A stretch of DNA of 64,000 bases from Callorhinchus milii (taxonomy: Eukaryota). The first letter of the stretch is position 1; each line of letters starts with the position of its first letter. Under the pieces are notes generated by a model. The model was not told the origin of the DNA. It saw only the letters and a program-made list of their open reading frames with translations, and made no database searches. The position numbers were made by a program, and so were the translations under genes. Below, in pieces: positions 36,961 to 48,446 of the stretch. Location of the stretch: contig NW_024704747.1 of the NCBI RefSeq assembly GCF_018977255.1, positions 19,406,001-19,470,000 of the forward strand, read 5' to 3'.

Positions 36961-37600
36961 GAGAGAGAGAGGGAGAGAGGGATGGGAGAGGGAGAAGGAG
37001 GGAGAGAGAGAGAGAGAGAGGAATGGGAGGGGGAGAGAGNNNNNNNNNNNNNNNNNNNNNNNNNNNNNNNNNNNNNNNNNNNNNNNNNNNNNNNNNNNNN
37101 NNNNNNNNNNNNNNNNNNNNNNNNNNNNNNNNNNNNNNNNNNNNNNNNNNNNNNNNNNNNNNNNNNNNNNNNNNNNNNNACGAGGAGGGGAGCAGGTTTG
37201 GGGGAGAAGAGTGACGAGAGACAACAACAACAACAACAAAAATGTTTTAAAAACATCCCAACGTTGGGAGTCGTGTGACACAGAGAGCAGATTCGTGGTA
37301 TTTACCTCCCAGACGCCAGGACAGCAAACCCATCCATGTCACATCATGTCATGTCATGTCATATCATGTCATATCATGTCAGTCGCCGACATCGCCTGGT
37401 TCCCTCACTGCAGATAACACTGACAAGAGTGGAGAGAGTGGAGAGAGAGAGAGAGAGAGAGGGAGAGAGGATGGAGAGAGAGAGAGGGAGAGAGGATGGA
37501 GAGAGAGAGAGGGAGAGAGGATGGAGAGAAAGAGGGAGAGAGGATGGAGAGAGTGGTGTGTGGAAGAGGAGGGGGAGGGAGGGAGGGAGGGGGGGGGGGA
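36961..37600 (+). repeat. GA-rich microsatellites, (ACA)n and (CATGT/CATAT)n tracts
   Basis: (GA)n-type tracts at 36961-37039 and 37430-37600, (ACA)n at 37221-37238, CATGT/CATAT pentamers at about 37335-37381. Confidence 0.9.
37040..37179. other. Assembly gap (140 N)
   Basis: Run of N. Confidence 1.
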
Positions 37601-37797
37601 GGTGTGCAGTCAATGGCTTTAATAACACGTCAGCCCTCACTTCCCACCAACCAACACACAACACTGCACATTGCAGTGCATATCAATGAAATACAACGAC
37701 ACATCGCACACATCACATCACACACTCACTCACACGGAGGGGGAGAAGTCATTCTGAAAACTGCATTCACCGGCGGCTCTCGTTCTCACTGACTCAC

Positions 37798-37810
37798 CTC
37801 TCCGAGGGAG
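37798..37810 (-). other. DGKG: 3' end of probable non-coding exon 1 of the DGK gene (remainder in the N gap)
   Basis: Consensus donor GAG|gtgagt on the minus strand at 37798/37797, in the most CpG-rich part of the window and directly next to the 632-nt gap. Confidence 0.55.
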
Positions 37811-38442
37811 NNNNNNNNNNNNNNNNNNNNNNNNNNNNNNNNNNNNNNNNNNNNNNNNNNNNNNNNNNNNNNNNNNNNNNNNNNNNNNNNNNNNNNNNNN
37901 NNNNNNNNNNNNNNNNNNNNNNNNNNNNNNNNNNNNNNNNNNNNNNNNNNNNNNNNNNNNNNNNNNNNNNNNNNNNNNNNNNNNNNNNNNNNNNNNNNNN
38001 NNNNNNNNNNNNNNNNNNNNNNNNNNNNNNNNNNNNNNNNNNNNNNNNNNNNNNNNNNNNNNNNNNNNNNNNNNNNNNNNNNNNNNNNNNNNNNNNNNNN
38101 NNNNNNNNNNNNNNNNNNNNNNNNNNNNNNNNNNNNNNNNNNNNNNNNNNNNNNNNNNNNNNNNNNNNNNNNNNNNNNNNNNNNNNNNNNNNNNNNNNNN
38201 NNNNNNNNNNNNNNNNNNNNNNNNNNNNNNNNNNNNNNNNNNNNNNNNNNNNNNNNNNNNNNNNNNNNNNNNNNNNNNNNNNNNNNNNNNNNNNNNNNNN
38301 NNNNNNNNNNNNNNNNNNNNNNNNNNNNNNNNNNNNNNNNNNNNNNNNNNNNNNNNNNNNNNNNNNNNNNNNNNNNNNNNNNNNNNNNNNNNNNNNNNNN
38401 NNNNNNNNNNNNNNNNNNNNNNNNNNNNNNNNNNNNNNNNNN
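37811..38442. other. Assembly gap (632 N)
   Basis: Run of N. Confidence 1.
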
Positions 38443-38701
38443 GTCTGCACACCAGGTTTGGGGCTTTGTGAGTTGCATCGGCTCAGACACAGCGGGACAG
38501 CTCCGTCACCGCCCCCCCCCCCCCGAGTGGGGAGGGCAGCAATGGGATGGGATGCAATGCAACGGCGGGGGGGGTGCGGGGACAGAGAGAAATAAAGTGC
38601 ATATATATATATTATTTAAACCGGTTGCCCGAGGCGTAGACGCGGGTGAGAGGACTTTCTTACAGCTGTTTCTGTTGGTCTCTTTCCCCACCTCCCTCTC
38701 T

Positions 38702-39316
38702 AACCCCCCCCCCCCCCCCCCCCCCCCCTCTCTCTCTGTGTTTCTATATGTATCGCTCTCTGTATGTCTATGTGTGTGTTTCTGTGTATCTCTCAGTATA
38801 TCTGTCTCTGTGTATCTCTCTGCATCGCTCTGAATCTCTGTGTATCTCTGTGTATCGCTCTGAATCTCTGTGTATCTCTCTTATCTCTCTGTATCTCTCT
38901 GTGTATCTCTCTGTATCACTCTGTATCTTTCTGAATCTCTGTGTATCTCTCTGAATCTCTGTGTATCTCTCTGTATCTCTCTGAATCTCTGTGTATCTCT
39001 GTATCGCTCTGAATCTCTGTGTATCTCTGTGTATCGCTCTGAATCTCTGTGTATCTCTCTGTATCGCTCTGAATCTCTGAATCTCTGTGTATCTCTCTGC
39101 ATCGCTCTGAATCTCTGAATCTCTGTGTATCTCTCTGCATCGCTCTGAATCTCTGTGTATCTCTCTGCATCGCTCTGAATCTCTGTGTATCTCTCCGAAT
39201 CTCTGTGTATCTCTCTGTAACTCTCTGAATCTCTGTGTATCTCTCTGTAACTCTCTGAATCTCTGTGTATCTCTCTGCATCGCTTTGAATCTCTGTGTAT
39301 CTCTCCGAATCTCTGT
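38702..39316 (+). repeat. Poly-C run followed by a complex CT-rich tandem repeat (TCTCTGTGTATC / TCTCTGAA / ATCGC modules)
   Basis: Read directly. It explains the RDTQRFRE-type low-complexity ORFs in the track. Confidence 0.95.
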
Positions 39317-39998
39317 TCAAACTCGAAATGTAGCATTGACTTGGAATGTTTTTCTTTGCAATATTGTTTATTATTTTTACCAGTCACTGGGGACTGGAAT
39401 TATTCCCACTTTGCTCTTGTTAACCCCACAAACCCAAACTCTAACAGGTAGGATGGCTTTAGCTGGACAAGTAGCAGCAAGCTTGATGGACAATGCTTTC
39501 AATGGCAAACTTATGTGATATAACTTGTTAAAACTCCAGCACCAGCCTAACTCACACTGTGGGGGTCCCAAGCCTTGACTCTTGTCAACACGCTCTTGCT
39601 AAAACTCGGGAATTTGGTAAGTAGAGTGTGTCCCTCCAAATGCCTATTGGATTCCAGATACAGGAATTTCCACAAGTAGATGGCATGCATTTTTTTTTGT
39701 TCAGACTTGTGTCTGACACAGGCGGAAACATGTCACCATGCTTAAGAGTATCCGAATCAAACTGGGATTTCCATGCATGGAATTGTTGGTCCAGTTTGGA
39801 TACTCTTAATCAGGGTGATGGGTTTCCACCTGTGTCAGAAATTTTCTGTGTTTTTACTTTTACAGTCATTACTTTTTTTAAAATACATGATAATGACACA
39901 TCCCATCAGGATCTATTCCTCAAAATAAACTAAACAAAAAAAAACAATAGTGGCAATTTTGTAAAGTGAAGGCATCATCAATTATGGTTTATTAGGTG

Positions 39999-40211
39999 CA
40001 AGGTGGTCAAACTGGCGGCCCTTGGGCTGATTTAATCTGCCCCCCACCTCCCCTGCCTTCATTTAATTTAGCCTGCCCGCTCCCTCCATAACTTATAAAT
40101 ATTATGTTATGTTTGTGGAAGGGAAACACATAAATATTGATTATGCAGCCTGCAGACGTTTCTCAAATAGGGCTCTCTGGCTATCAGCAGCCAAAAGTTT
40201 GACCATCCTTG
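39999..40211. mobile_element. hAT/Charlie-like MITE
   Basis: Terminal inverted repeats caaggtggtcaaact and agtttgaccatccttg; same family as the element at 16318. Confidence 0.75.
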
Positions 40212-40341
40212 ATACGGCAAATACCGCTGTAAGACTCAAAGCCACTGACCCGTGAGTGCATTTGAACATACCTCATATTTAGGTGACTGTTTGGAAGAAC
40301 ATTTTTGGCATCAGATTATTCGCTCCCTCTTCTTTCAAACC

Positions 40342-40725
40342 AGGGCTGGATCAATTGATAGTACTCCTGCCTCTGAGTCAGAAGATTGTGGGTTCATTTG
40401 AACTCCCTCAGGACTGGGGAATGCTGTATTGTTGAAGGTGCCATCCTTCGGATGAGACATTAAACCGAGGACCCATCTGTGCATGCTCCGATGGATGTTA
40501 ACGATCCCAAGGCACTATTGATAAAAGGAAGGGAGTTTTCAGGCCAGCAATCCCCCAAATAAAATTAATCATTCACCTCATGGCTATCTGTGGGACATTG
40601 CTACATGCAAACCGGCTGCAGCTTTCACCTATAAAATAAAGTCACCACACCCTACAGCAAATCATGTGAAGCAGTTTTAAATAACCTGATGTGAAAGGTG
40701 CTGTATCAAATACAATTATTCTTTA
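40342..40725 (+). mobile_element. Deu-type SINE
   Basis: Head ...tagtactcctgcctctgagtcagaagattgtgggttc, domain and tail. Confidence 0.85.
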
Positions 40726-43076
40726 TGATTAAATTACATAACATGAAAAATCAGGGTAATGAAAGGGGGGATTTCTCCCCACGCACACAACCCACCCTCC
40801 CCAATTGCATTCACGTGCAGTTTCCATGTGAATTTTTTGTTGTCAAGTTGTCATGTACTCTATTCTGTAAGCCGATGGAAAAAACTGGTAATGTTGGTCA
40901 CAGTGCACCCACACATTTTGCAACAAACTTCCAGACTTTCCACGTTCGCTGTAAAAATAAATGCATTTGAGGAGCGTTGGGGTTTCACTCGTTGGTTTCT
41001 GCATCTATCTATATATATATATATAGCTATCTATATATTTGCTAATAGTCCAATGATACCGAACACATTCTGCAAATGTATGGTGATCTTAACACCTTCA
41101 AGTTTCGGTGCAAAGTTAAACGTTAGAAGTGCAATAACTACATAACACGATGCTGAACTCGATAACAGTGGAAACATTTTTTTGTTTTCCTCTCTGTGAA
41201 GCCGCTGAAGTCTTCTTAATTTAAGAAACAAAGCTTTTTTACAAGCTTTGTAATTAGTTACCGGTTTATCGAAATCTACCGCTGGCTCAATAATAAATGG
41301 AAAAAAAAACACCCCACCCCCTCCCACCCCACCCCCAGCCAACGAAACTCTTGAGTTGCTCACCCATCGTGGAAATGCAAAGTACACAGAGGGATATTGT
41401 CTTGGATACGATGACTTCATTCCAAAGATATATTTCGGGACATGACGCCAATTGAGGGTGACTCCAGAGCATTTTGTGTGTGTGTGTGTGTGTGCAGAGT
41501 GCAGCGTCTTAAGTTCAGAGCCAAGAAAGTTAAAAATACCGCAAACTATTCAAAACAAAACAGAGCCTGAGCTCCACCGGCTTCACTGCCCTCAATAATA
41601 CTCCCACGCCTCGATCAATAAGACTCCCGTTTCATTCCCAGTGTGTGGGTTACACACAGTGAAGCTGCGTGAGGGATCCACACGCTAAAAGGATTGTTTC
41701 AATCTGTTTGAGTGATTGAGTAAGAGAAAAACTACTTTGGAGGACAGCACATGCACGTATTTATAACAGACTGCACTGTTCTGTATTGGTCCACTTTTTT
41801 GTGAACCTATCTGTAAATAACACAGGAAAAAAGCAATGGTCACACAAATAGAAGGAAAATTGCTGACTGATGTTGGAAGTCATCTGACTTAGATGATTTA
41901 AGAAAGAGGTGCTGTCTTTCTACTGCACTGGATCACTATCAATGTGCATGTCTGGAATCAGAAGCCAACGTTTGCGGTGTTCCTTAAGGCATTCCTTATG
42001 TTAATTACCACAAAAATAATTTTGTAAGGAAAATGTAACATATTCTCCCTGTGTTCACGCGTGTTGGGATTTGTGGGGGCGGGGAATGAGGGGGACAATG
42101 CTAACACTGGAGCCCCAGAGAGCACTATCAATTGACCTATAATATAGGGATATCGTTGCCCCTTTGAAATTGTTGGTGTTTGACTTATTTTCTAATGTTG
42201 CTTCACATACATCGTGCAGGTGTACTAATTCTTGTGATATTTTTGTTTTCCTTTGCAGAAATGTCACAGTGTTTATATTACATACATTTGTAGCCTATGC
42301 AGATAATATAAACATTAATAGTTTGTTATTAGTAAGTTGATTACACTTGACGCCTACAGATACACAGATGCACCTAACATTAAATACAGTACACATCCCA
42401 TCAAAAATAGCAAGTTAACTCTAATCCCAAAGATGTATGTTTTGATCCTGTGAAATGCTTTGAGATATCCTCCTGACATAAAAGGTGGTGTATCAAATGT
42501 AAAGATTATTATTATGAAAGATATTATTGTAAAGTTTTGAACAATCCAGTTCAATCCTTGCAATCAGACTTGCGGTAGTCATGAAAAACAATTTATTAGT
42601 GGAATATAGAAAAATAATTGAGGGTTAAGAAAAGAATGCAACTTGACCCAGCAACTAAACATTCCTTAGTTTATAGTGGGAATTGGGGATATCAATGCAA
42701 AAATGGGGAGGGATTGTTCCTCTGTATTTACAGTGCCAATGTACAATGGTGCTTTAAATATAAACTAGATCTATTGAAAATATCAAAACATTCATCTTTG
42801 GGAAAAAATTTGACTTGCTGATTTGATGCGATATGGACTGTGTTTAATTCTATGTGCATCCTATTTTAATCTGCGTTCTGCCTTCAGTGTATTCACTGTA
42901 AACTGGAGTAAAGTGCTCCCTTCATATCAGCTGAATTTATTGCAGTCCTGACACAACCTCATAAGTTGTTAGCTGTGAAACTATGCATCAAAAATCAGCA
43001 GTGGGATTAAGGAGAACAAATAGCAATAAAATATGAAGACTCAAAAGAAAAACTGTAGAGCTGGGAGGTGTCATGT

Positions 43077-43495
43077 CGCCTGGCTCAGTTGGTAGAACTC
43101 TTTCCTTTGAGTCAGAGGTTTGTGGGTTTAAGCCCCACATGGCTAACACACCAATGAGTGCTGGGGAGGGGGGGAGGGGCTGCATTTTTGGAGGTGCTGC
43201 TCTTCGGATGAGACATTAAGTCGAGGTACCATCTGCCAGTTTAAGAGATGTTAAATATTCCATAACACAGTTCAAAAAGAGAAGGGAGTTTCTCTGGATG
43301 TACTGGTCCATCAATCCCCCACATGAAAAATTGATCATTCACTTCATGGCTGTGTGTGCGTCATAGCTGTGCGTAAATTGGAAGCTGAGTTATATACATT
43401 CACAAAATACACAATCACTCTACAATATATCCTGTGAAGAGCTTTTGGACAATGTGATTTGGTGTTATTTATCAAAATGCAATTATTATTATAAT
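43077..43495 (+). mobile_element. Deu-type SINE
   Basis: Head cctggctcagttggtagaactc; tail aaatgcaattattattat. Confidence 0.85.
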
Positions 43496-43574
43496 ACATC
43501 AGAGAGCCCTCTGGGAATCCATCCAAAAGTTGGATCACGTATTGTGATGGTTAATCACAAAATAACAACAGAAG

Positions 43575-44170
43575 TTCAGTTAAAGAAGGCTCCTTGGCCC
43601 ATTTGAACTCACCATTCCAGAATACCACCCCTCACCCAACTCACACACACCCACACACATTGTCTTTCCATGACAACATCAAGCGGTTTCTTAAAATGAG
43701 TCCAACATCCTGGCTTCAACCACATCCTTGTAATTTGTTTTCTGGTAACTCCTTTCAACCTGCTTTGGTCGTAATTTCAGTCATCAATTACCCTCTGTGT
43801 AAAGAAATTCTACCTGGGGTCTGCCACTGTTTGACACTCTGAGATGCTAACCCACACGAAGGGTGCTATATAAATTCAACTTCTTGTTGTTGTCCTGATA
43901 TTACCCTTTACAACCTGAAGCCGTGCGCTCTAATTCTGTTGCCTTGGTGTATGTAAAAATATTGTTCCAGGCTTTTTTCTTTCTCAATCCTGTTTATAAT
44001 TTTATAGACCTTTATAAGTTCCTCTCTTAAACATTGCTGTTCAATGCTGAAGAGTCTAACATATCTACTCATTCCACACAATTCATCCTTCTAACACTGA
44101 GGATCCTTCTTAATGCACTGCCTCAAAGTCCTGGGAAGCTCCCTTTATGTTGTGGCAACCAGAACTGTTA
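43575..44170 (-). mobile_element. CR1 3' region fragments (degraded, interrupted)
   Basis: Antisense CR1-like 3' end and ORF2 tail (gaaggctccttggccc; tttatagacctttataagttcctctc). Confidence 0.6.
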
Positions 44171-44414
44171 CCAATAAGGGTAATTAACAAATGAAATAGG
44201 TTACCAGTAGGAGTGGTCGAGGCCAGGACATTGCACTCACTCAAGAAACAAATTGATGTTGTAACGGTGGGGCAGCCTGACCTTAGCACTGTAAAGTTTA
44301 AGCACAAATCTGGGGAACTGAAATCCACTGAAATCAATCAGCAGTTTAACTGAGCATCATTTTATCCCACTTACTGTTGACATGGAGTCAACTTACACCC
44401 TCTTTCAGTTTCCT

Positions 44415-44650
44415 TTCCCCTCTGTAAGTTCTATCCTATTCATGTTGTACTTGTGTCTCTTATTTATATTTCCTATATGCAATGCCTTGCATTTATTTAA
44501 CTTTATTTGCCAGTGGTCAGCCCATGAGCATATCCTATCAATCCCTATTTGAGGGTCCTTTCCTGCTTCTCCTGATTCCATAATTCTTCCCAACTTGGTG
44601 TCATCTGCAAAGTTGACTACCTTACACTGAGTTTCCGAATCCAGATTATT
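44415..44650 (-). mobile_element. CR1 reverse transcriptase fragment
   Basis: FADDTKLGR...IDRICSWADHWQIKLNKCKALHIG on the minus strand. Confidence 0.88.
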
Positions 44651-44814
44651 AAAGTATAGAAATTACGCAACAGTCTGAGCTCAAAGAGTGGTAAAAGAAC
44701 CAGAGAACCTTGCTGCAAGAGTGAAGTATCTCTATTCTGTCTACATTGCAAATTTATGTGTCTGTGCCTTTTGGACTGTTGCCCACTTCAATTAGTGTCA
44801 TATGTAGATGGGAA

Positions 44815-45270
44815 AGATCACATAATCACAAGACTGGTCTGGATGAAGAAGGCCCTTCAGCCTATCCAATTCCATCATTCCAGAACACCCACCCTACCAT
44901 CCTCCATTCACTACATCAAGATCTTTTTAAATAAGTCTAGGGTCCTGGCCTTTACCACCTTTCCTGACAATCCGTTCCATTGGTTGATTGCCCTCTGCTT
45001 CCTGTTAAAGAAAAGCTTCCTGTTATGTATCCTGAAGTTGCCCTTTACATTTCTAAACTCATGGCCTCTTGATCTACTATCATAATACATCCTAAAGTAA
45101 TGGTCTTGGTTTATTTTTGCAATTCCATTTGTACACCTCTTTGAGAGACCCTCTGAGTTGTCTTCTCTGAAGACTGAAGAGCCCGAGCTTATCTAGTCAT
45201 TGCTCATAGATCATTCCGCTGACTTTGGGGATCATCCCCATTACTCTCCTCTGTACTGCATCTAGGCCCT
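44815..45270 (-). mobile_element. CR1 3' end fragment
   Basis: gactggtctggatgaagaaggcccttcagcc...aagaaaagcttcctgttatgtatcctgaag...atggcctcttg. A homologous copy lies at 62790-63040. Confidence 0.8.
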
Positions 45271-47514
45271 GGACCATTATATCAGTGACCAGAAGTGATA
45301 ATGCACTGCAGTAAAAGTCACACATGGAGACTGAAAAAGCATAATAAACATTTTTTTATTGTAAATACTGCTACATTAGAAAACTAAAAAGAAGCATTTT
45401 ATATCAAAACACCATTCCTTAAAACAGATGATTACAAATTTCCAAGCCCAATGGTGATTTTGATGTCCTTGACTTACTCTCAAGTTCTAATCAATTTTCT
45501 AATGATTAAAACAAATCCATTGTATTCCAAAACGTTGGAAACATTTTCTTTATTAATTCGTAATGCATTATTTTACAGGTCGAACGACAACAAAAGACAA
45601 TTTGTAGAAGGAATGCATTTCCTTTTGTTGAACCAACTTGAAGGAAGAGACAAAGGGCACAGAGCTTCTGTATTCCATGGCCATCTTGCCATCTTCCAAC
45701 GTTAATTCCACAGTAGTTTGAAATCATACTTTCAAGTTGCAGTTATTTGCTGAACAAAATAAACGATGGATGCCGTACAGTCTGGAATTTGTCTTGAGGA
45801 AGAAGATGACGACTACTTGCAAAGCAAAATAAATCTCAAGCTACAAAGCTTCTGATGGGCTACGTGCTCTTGAGAATCATTTTTAAAGCAGCATTTAGTC
45901 TGGCCATTTATAAAAGGAACTGCAGCCTGCATTTCAAAGTGTATTGATTCTACTTCTGGGTTTGATTATCACAAGTATGATAGCTACATATATTATTGAA
46001 TCTTTTGCAAATGTTACAGATATAAATTGTCTAATTTCCCCTCGCTCTGCAACAGATTGTCGGCTACCCTCTTTACCATTAACATAACCTTTCATGACTG
46101 CAGTCCTCAGATGAACATATATCGAATCAGAATGACTTCCCTCGTGGCGTCACTTCACTGTGCCATGACAGATGTTTGACCCGATTCCTGTACAGATCAC
46201 AGCAATTTGAAGCAAAGCCTTTAAGACATGATTTATTTAGTAGCGTGTTGTTTTCAAAAGGATGGTGACACACTTTATAACCTCATCTTAAATTCTGAAT
46301 CTAGTGAGAAATATAGTATGGGCAATGTGCTCTAAATGACAATAAAATTTAATTCAAATGATCTTAAAATCAATGTTCTTTCACATAACAAAAGTAGAGA
46401 TGCCCTGACCATAATACATATGTCAGTTTAGCATAAAGTTAATAATTGTATTCTTTAAAATCATATTTGCAAGGATTAAAACATTTTGAATGAAGATTAA
46501 AATGAACCTCAGGCAAATAACATAGGTCTAAGAGATTCGGAACCACGTTTGATATCATTTTAAACGTACATTAATCAGTGAAATACAAAAACAATTCAGG
46601 GCAGTCAGAGGCTGACATTAATGCTTGGTGATTCCAGCCAGGCATCGAACATAACAAAAGCTTGAGGCATGAAAGAAACTAACATGACAAATTGTAAAGC
46701 CTACTGGCAATCTAGCAAATTTGATAGCCACACCAGTTGACCAAAAAAATGAACACTTTAGTAGTGCATTTATGACATAAATATAACATGCAAGCATATG
46801 GATTAATATACAATTGTAAACCAGCAGTTATTGTGGACCTAGCAGCAACCAAATAGACTACTACTGATAATACATCACTCCAAAGGAAAAGGGTTCATTG
46901 ACGAGTTAACCAGAGTGGTGAGTGCATATGTATAAATACATAAATAAATGCAGGCGGGCTTTTGACAGCATGATGACAAAAGTGGTAGTGACAAGTTAAG
47001 ATAGGAATGAATTATCAGGAGTTTACTGTTGTATATCTTGGCAGGATTACTCTTTTTTAATTTTGGGTATGTTAAGTCCTGATACATAGCAGATAACTAC
47101 TTACCTTAGTGACAGGTTCGCAAGTACAATGGGTTAAAAGAGATAACGAAGATCAGAACACAAACACACTCAGATATAAAAGACAAGAGATGTAATTTCA
47201 AATGCCGGGCAGGCCATTTAATCATTCAGCAAACAGAGATTTGTCACAGTGCTGCTAACTCGAAACTGTGAGAAGTAGTGTGTTATATTGAAGAAGAAAT
47301 TGATGCATTTGGAAAGAAAAAATGTTGATTGTAAACTTGTTTCAATTCCTCTTCTAACACCAAGGATTTGATCAGAGCTTTCATAAAGCTTGTGTTTATA
47401 ATATTTCTTCATTGGAACTTGGTGGAGTGAAAATGCTTCTCAGTTAAAATCCAGCTGTAACCAATTCAAAATAACAGGGCTTCATCCCCAACTCCTCCCA
47501 AGTCCTTTACTTGG

Positions 47515-47763
47515 GCCCCAAATTCCACCTAGCTTTAACCTACAATTCTTCTTAAAATTTAAGATTGCACAGAATTGTGGAAAATTCAAAACAACTTGCT
47601 TAATTTGGAAGCCAGTTCGATTGAAAGAATGTTCTATTGAAAGAATAACAAAAAACTGGCTTCGACCTTAAGAATGAATTTAAGAATTTTCCACAATTCT
47701 GCACCATCGACATTTTTGAAGACAGAATGGCCTTACAGGCAAAGATAAGGTGGAATTTCAGAC
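47515..47763. mobile_element. Long imperfect palindrome, MITE-like
   Basis: Nested inverted arms: aaattccacct/aggtggaattt, cagaattgtggaaaattc/gaattttccacaattctg (18/18) and gaagccagtt/aactggcttc. Confidence 0.8.
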
Positions 47764-48117
47764 TTGTGATGTTTAGGTTCAGTGACTACTGGTTTGCTGA
47801 CAGGCTCTCCTTTAGTTTATAATTAGCATTGCACATCACTTTTCCCAAATGTCTGACTTTGGTTATTAAGGGGAATGTGTAGTCCTGGGGTTTAATTTCT
47901 GACAATTCTTCTTCGAATTCCTCAATAGAATTCACATTCTAGGCTGACACTCCAATGCAGTACTCTTTTTAAGAGTTCATGCAGCCCAACGTGACTTATT
48001 TGGAAGCAGCCCTCATCTGTGTGAGTACTTAACATTGCAAATTAGACACTGTGACCTCTGTTATCAGGTTGTCACTGTGATTTCTAAAAGTGCCAGCAAA
48101 GATGTTGTATCTTTTGT

Positions 48118-48446
48118 GGAGTCCTGTAGCTCAGTGGTTAGAGCACTCGCTTTGCAAGCGAGAGACCTGAGTTCAATTCCAGGCAGAGGGCGAAACCTTG
48201 GGCAAGTTTCCTTACTCCACACAGAGCCTAATAATAATCCCTCCAAAACCAAAAACAATAATAAATTGGTCATTTTCAATCTACGACTGTTTGTGGGACA
48301 TTGCTGTGCGCAATTGGCTGCCGCGTTCGCCCACAAATATACAGTCAATTCACTTTACAGTGTGTTCTGTGAAGCGCTTTGGGACGTCCTCCCGACGTGA
48401 AAAGCGCTATATCAAATGCAAGGATTATTATTATTATTATTATTAT
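48118..48446 (+). mobile_element. Young full-length SINE with tRNA-Ala(TGC)-like head, Deu-type domain, L2 tail and (ATT)n
   Basis: Pol III A box TAGCTCAGTGG and B box GAGTTCAATTCC; anticodon-arm-like ctcgc-tttgcaa-gcgag. Nearly identical to 58078-58410. Confidence 0.95.

Larger units (their letters stand above)
35960..38660. promoter_or_regulatory. CpG-enriched, GC-rich region; likely DGK promoter, exon 1 and start of intron 1
   Basis: Local excess of CpG (e.g. 36120-36260, 36920-36960, 37760-37810, 38470-38650) against a CpG-depleted background. Gaps and G/C runs cluster here, and the minus-strand donor lies inside it. Confidence 0.55.

Noticed and set aside
35333-38490. Long ORFs containing X runs
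   Set aside because: They are artefacts of reading through N gaps.
38768-39387. RDTQRFRE-repeat proteins of 134-170 aa
   Set aside because: They are translations of a simple tandem repeat.
48118-48190. tRNA-Ala(TGC) genes here and at 58078
   Set aside because: The acceptor stem pairs poorly and the sequence continues directly into a SINE body and tail, so these are SINE heads.
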